From the human T2T-CHM13v2.0 reference genome, Homo sapiens, in NCBI RefSeq assembly GCF_009914755.1, contig NC_060932.1: a DNA stretch of 64,000 bases. One strand, given 5' to 3'. The notes beneath the pieces were generated by a model, which worked only from the letters and a program-made list of their open reading frames with translations, was not told where the DNA came from and ran no database searches. Positions 62,481-64,000 of the stretch are shown piece by piece. Position numbers and translations under genes: made by a program. Position 1 is the stretch's first letter. Every line of letters begins with the position of its first letter.

Positions 62481-64000
62481 CAACAAGTAAAAATGAGTCC
62501 TTAAATCTTGACTCTTATATTACTCTCTCTCCGTTTCCAATGTGAACACCCCTTCCTGGGTAAGCAGTAGTTTCTTGCCTCTCTTTCTAAGTGTGAAATT
62601 GGCCTGGCAAGATATAATAGACAGAACTTCACGCCAAGCCCAAAGAACTCTTGTTGTTTTTGCCAAGTATTTTCTGCCAAAATCTGGAAACAATCTTTTC
62701 ATTAAAGAGCCTTAGTAGCTATTGGAATTGTAGCATTTATCTGGTTAGTAAACAATTTTGTTCCTGACTCACTTCCTCTCTGCCTAATAGTTTTCTGGCT
62801 GTGAAAGCTATTGTTAAATTACAAAGCACTATTGAAAGCAGGGGTAGAGTTTAGAGGTTGAAGAGGTGTATAGCCTCTTCTTTAAATTCTGTATTTTTGT
62901 TCTTCATCTGTTACTGACTTTTCATTCTGGAGTTGACCTTCATCTTTGTCAATTGTTTCACCATCATCTGTTTTTCCCATCAGCTCTTCTGAATTTTTCT
63001 AGTGTCTCAAATGCTTCTTTTTCATTTTTGGCTCCACTTGTACTCAGCCTCTCACTACCAGTGCTGCCCTCAATTATTTCATTTCTGCTATGCTAAGATT
63101 GCCATAAACCAGAAGTACCCAGGCTTCAGATTCTCCTTTCCTTCTCCTCTCTCTTTTAAAATCCTCTAGCCCACTTCTGCTGATCTTTGTCCCTACCAAC
63201 CTCCAGAGTTCACAATTTCTACATTAAATAATTTCCCTAAGTGCAGACCTCAAAAGGCAAAAATAGAAAATTATAAAAGATCAACAGAAAAATAGACAAA
63301 TATTACAGAAAAAGATAGAAAAATATGATAAAAGATCAACTGTATCAACACATTTAATGGCAAATGGAATATTTCTGTGTGTGGTTTTAAAACATACTTG
63401 ATTTATTAGGGCATATTAATATGCCAAAGGATTCTTATTTTAAAAATCCATGTTGATACCAAGAGGAAAAAAAAAATGGCCATCTAAAATGCAAACTATG
63501 CTAAAAATAACATTTAGATGAACTGCAATGGAAACTGATGGGATAACCAAATGCATCAGCCTCACTGGAGGACTGGGGCATGCAACTGAAACAAGCTTTC
63601 ATTATCTGGCAGTATTTTTTTCAACCATGGGAAATTCAGTAATTTATGTTGATCAAAGATAGTAGTGATCAAGAGTCCTGTAGACTGCCAGGAAAACCAG
63701 TTAATTACAAGCTCCCTAAACCATTCCCATGCTAAAATGTTCTGAACTCACCCATAGGATTCTGAAAGCCTCCAATTAGAACTGTGATGGAGGTGGGGAA
63801 CAGAAACCAAACAGTTCTTTTTGTAGGATGATACGAGAAAAATCAATGATCCCTGAACTTTCTTTCAAAATATCATTATGGCTGAAGCCACTCAGCCCCA
63901 CCCAGACAGATGCCTGAAAACACGATAACTCGTTGGCCCATCCCTGAATGCTTGAGGAAGTTCTGAGTGCTTCTAGTGAACCACCTCCATAAGGCTTGGA

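Overview
This is primate (human-like) nuclear DNA, not prokaryotic. The window is AT-rich, CpG-poor and repeat-dense, as expected for an intergenic or deep-intronic region. I recognise no intact protein-coding gene, rRNA, tRNA, CRISPR array or NUMT, and I cannot identify the locus. The ORF-track entries are chance ORFs or Alu, L1 and ERV remnants. Most of the window is layered transposon fossils: 7 Alus (J, S and Y; one is a 5'-truncated AluY right arm with a perfect TSD), L1s of many ages (L1M, L1MB, L1PA15/16-like, L1PA4, L1PA2), MaLR LTRs (THE1, MLT1), ERVL LTRs (MLT2, LTR16, LTR33, LTR47), an ERV1 LTR (MER57), two co-oriented decayed ERVL proviral relics (one with recognisable RT and integrase motifs), DNA transposons (MADE1, MER5, MER58, Tigger-like) and many MIR/L2 fragments. 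Subfamily names come from my recall of consensus sequences and need RepeatMasker/Dfam confirmation; boundaries of old elements are approximate. I did not find a new biological system. The most interesting unexplained structure is local sequence copying: a perfect 49-bp dispersed doublet (32081/33869), an inverted 53-bp copy of nearby DNA inserted inside an MLT1 LTR (42364/43437), a 127-bp tandem duplication (35580) and a chimeric L1MB insertion carrying a ~150-bp orphan segment (11563-12233). There are also speculative minus-strand exons in unique sequence.
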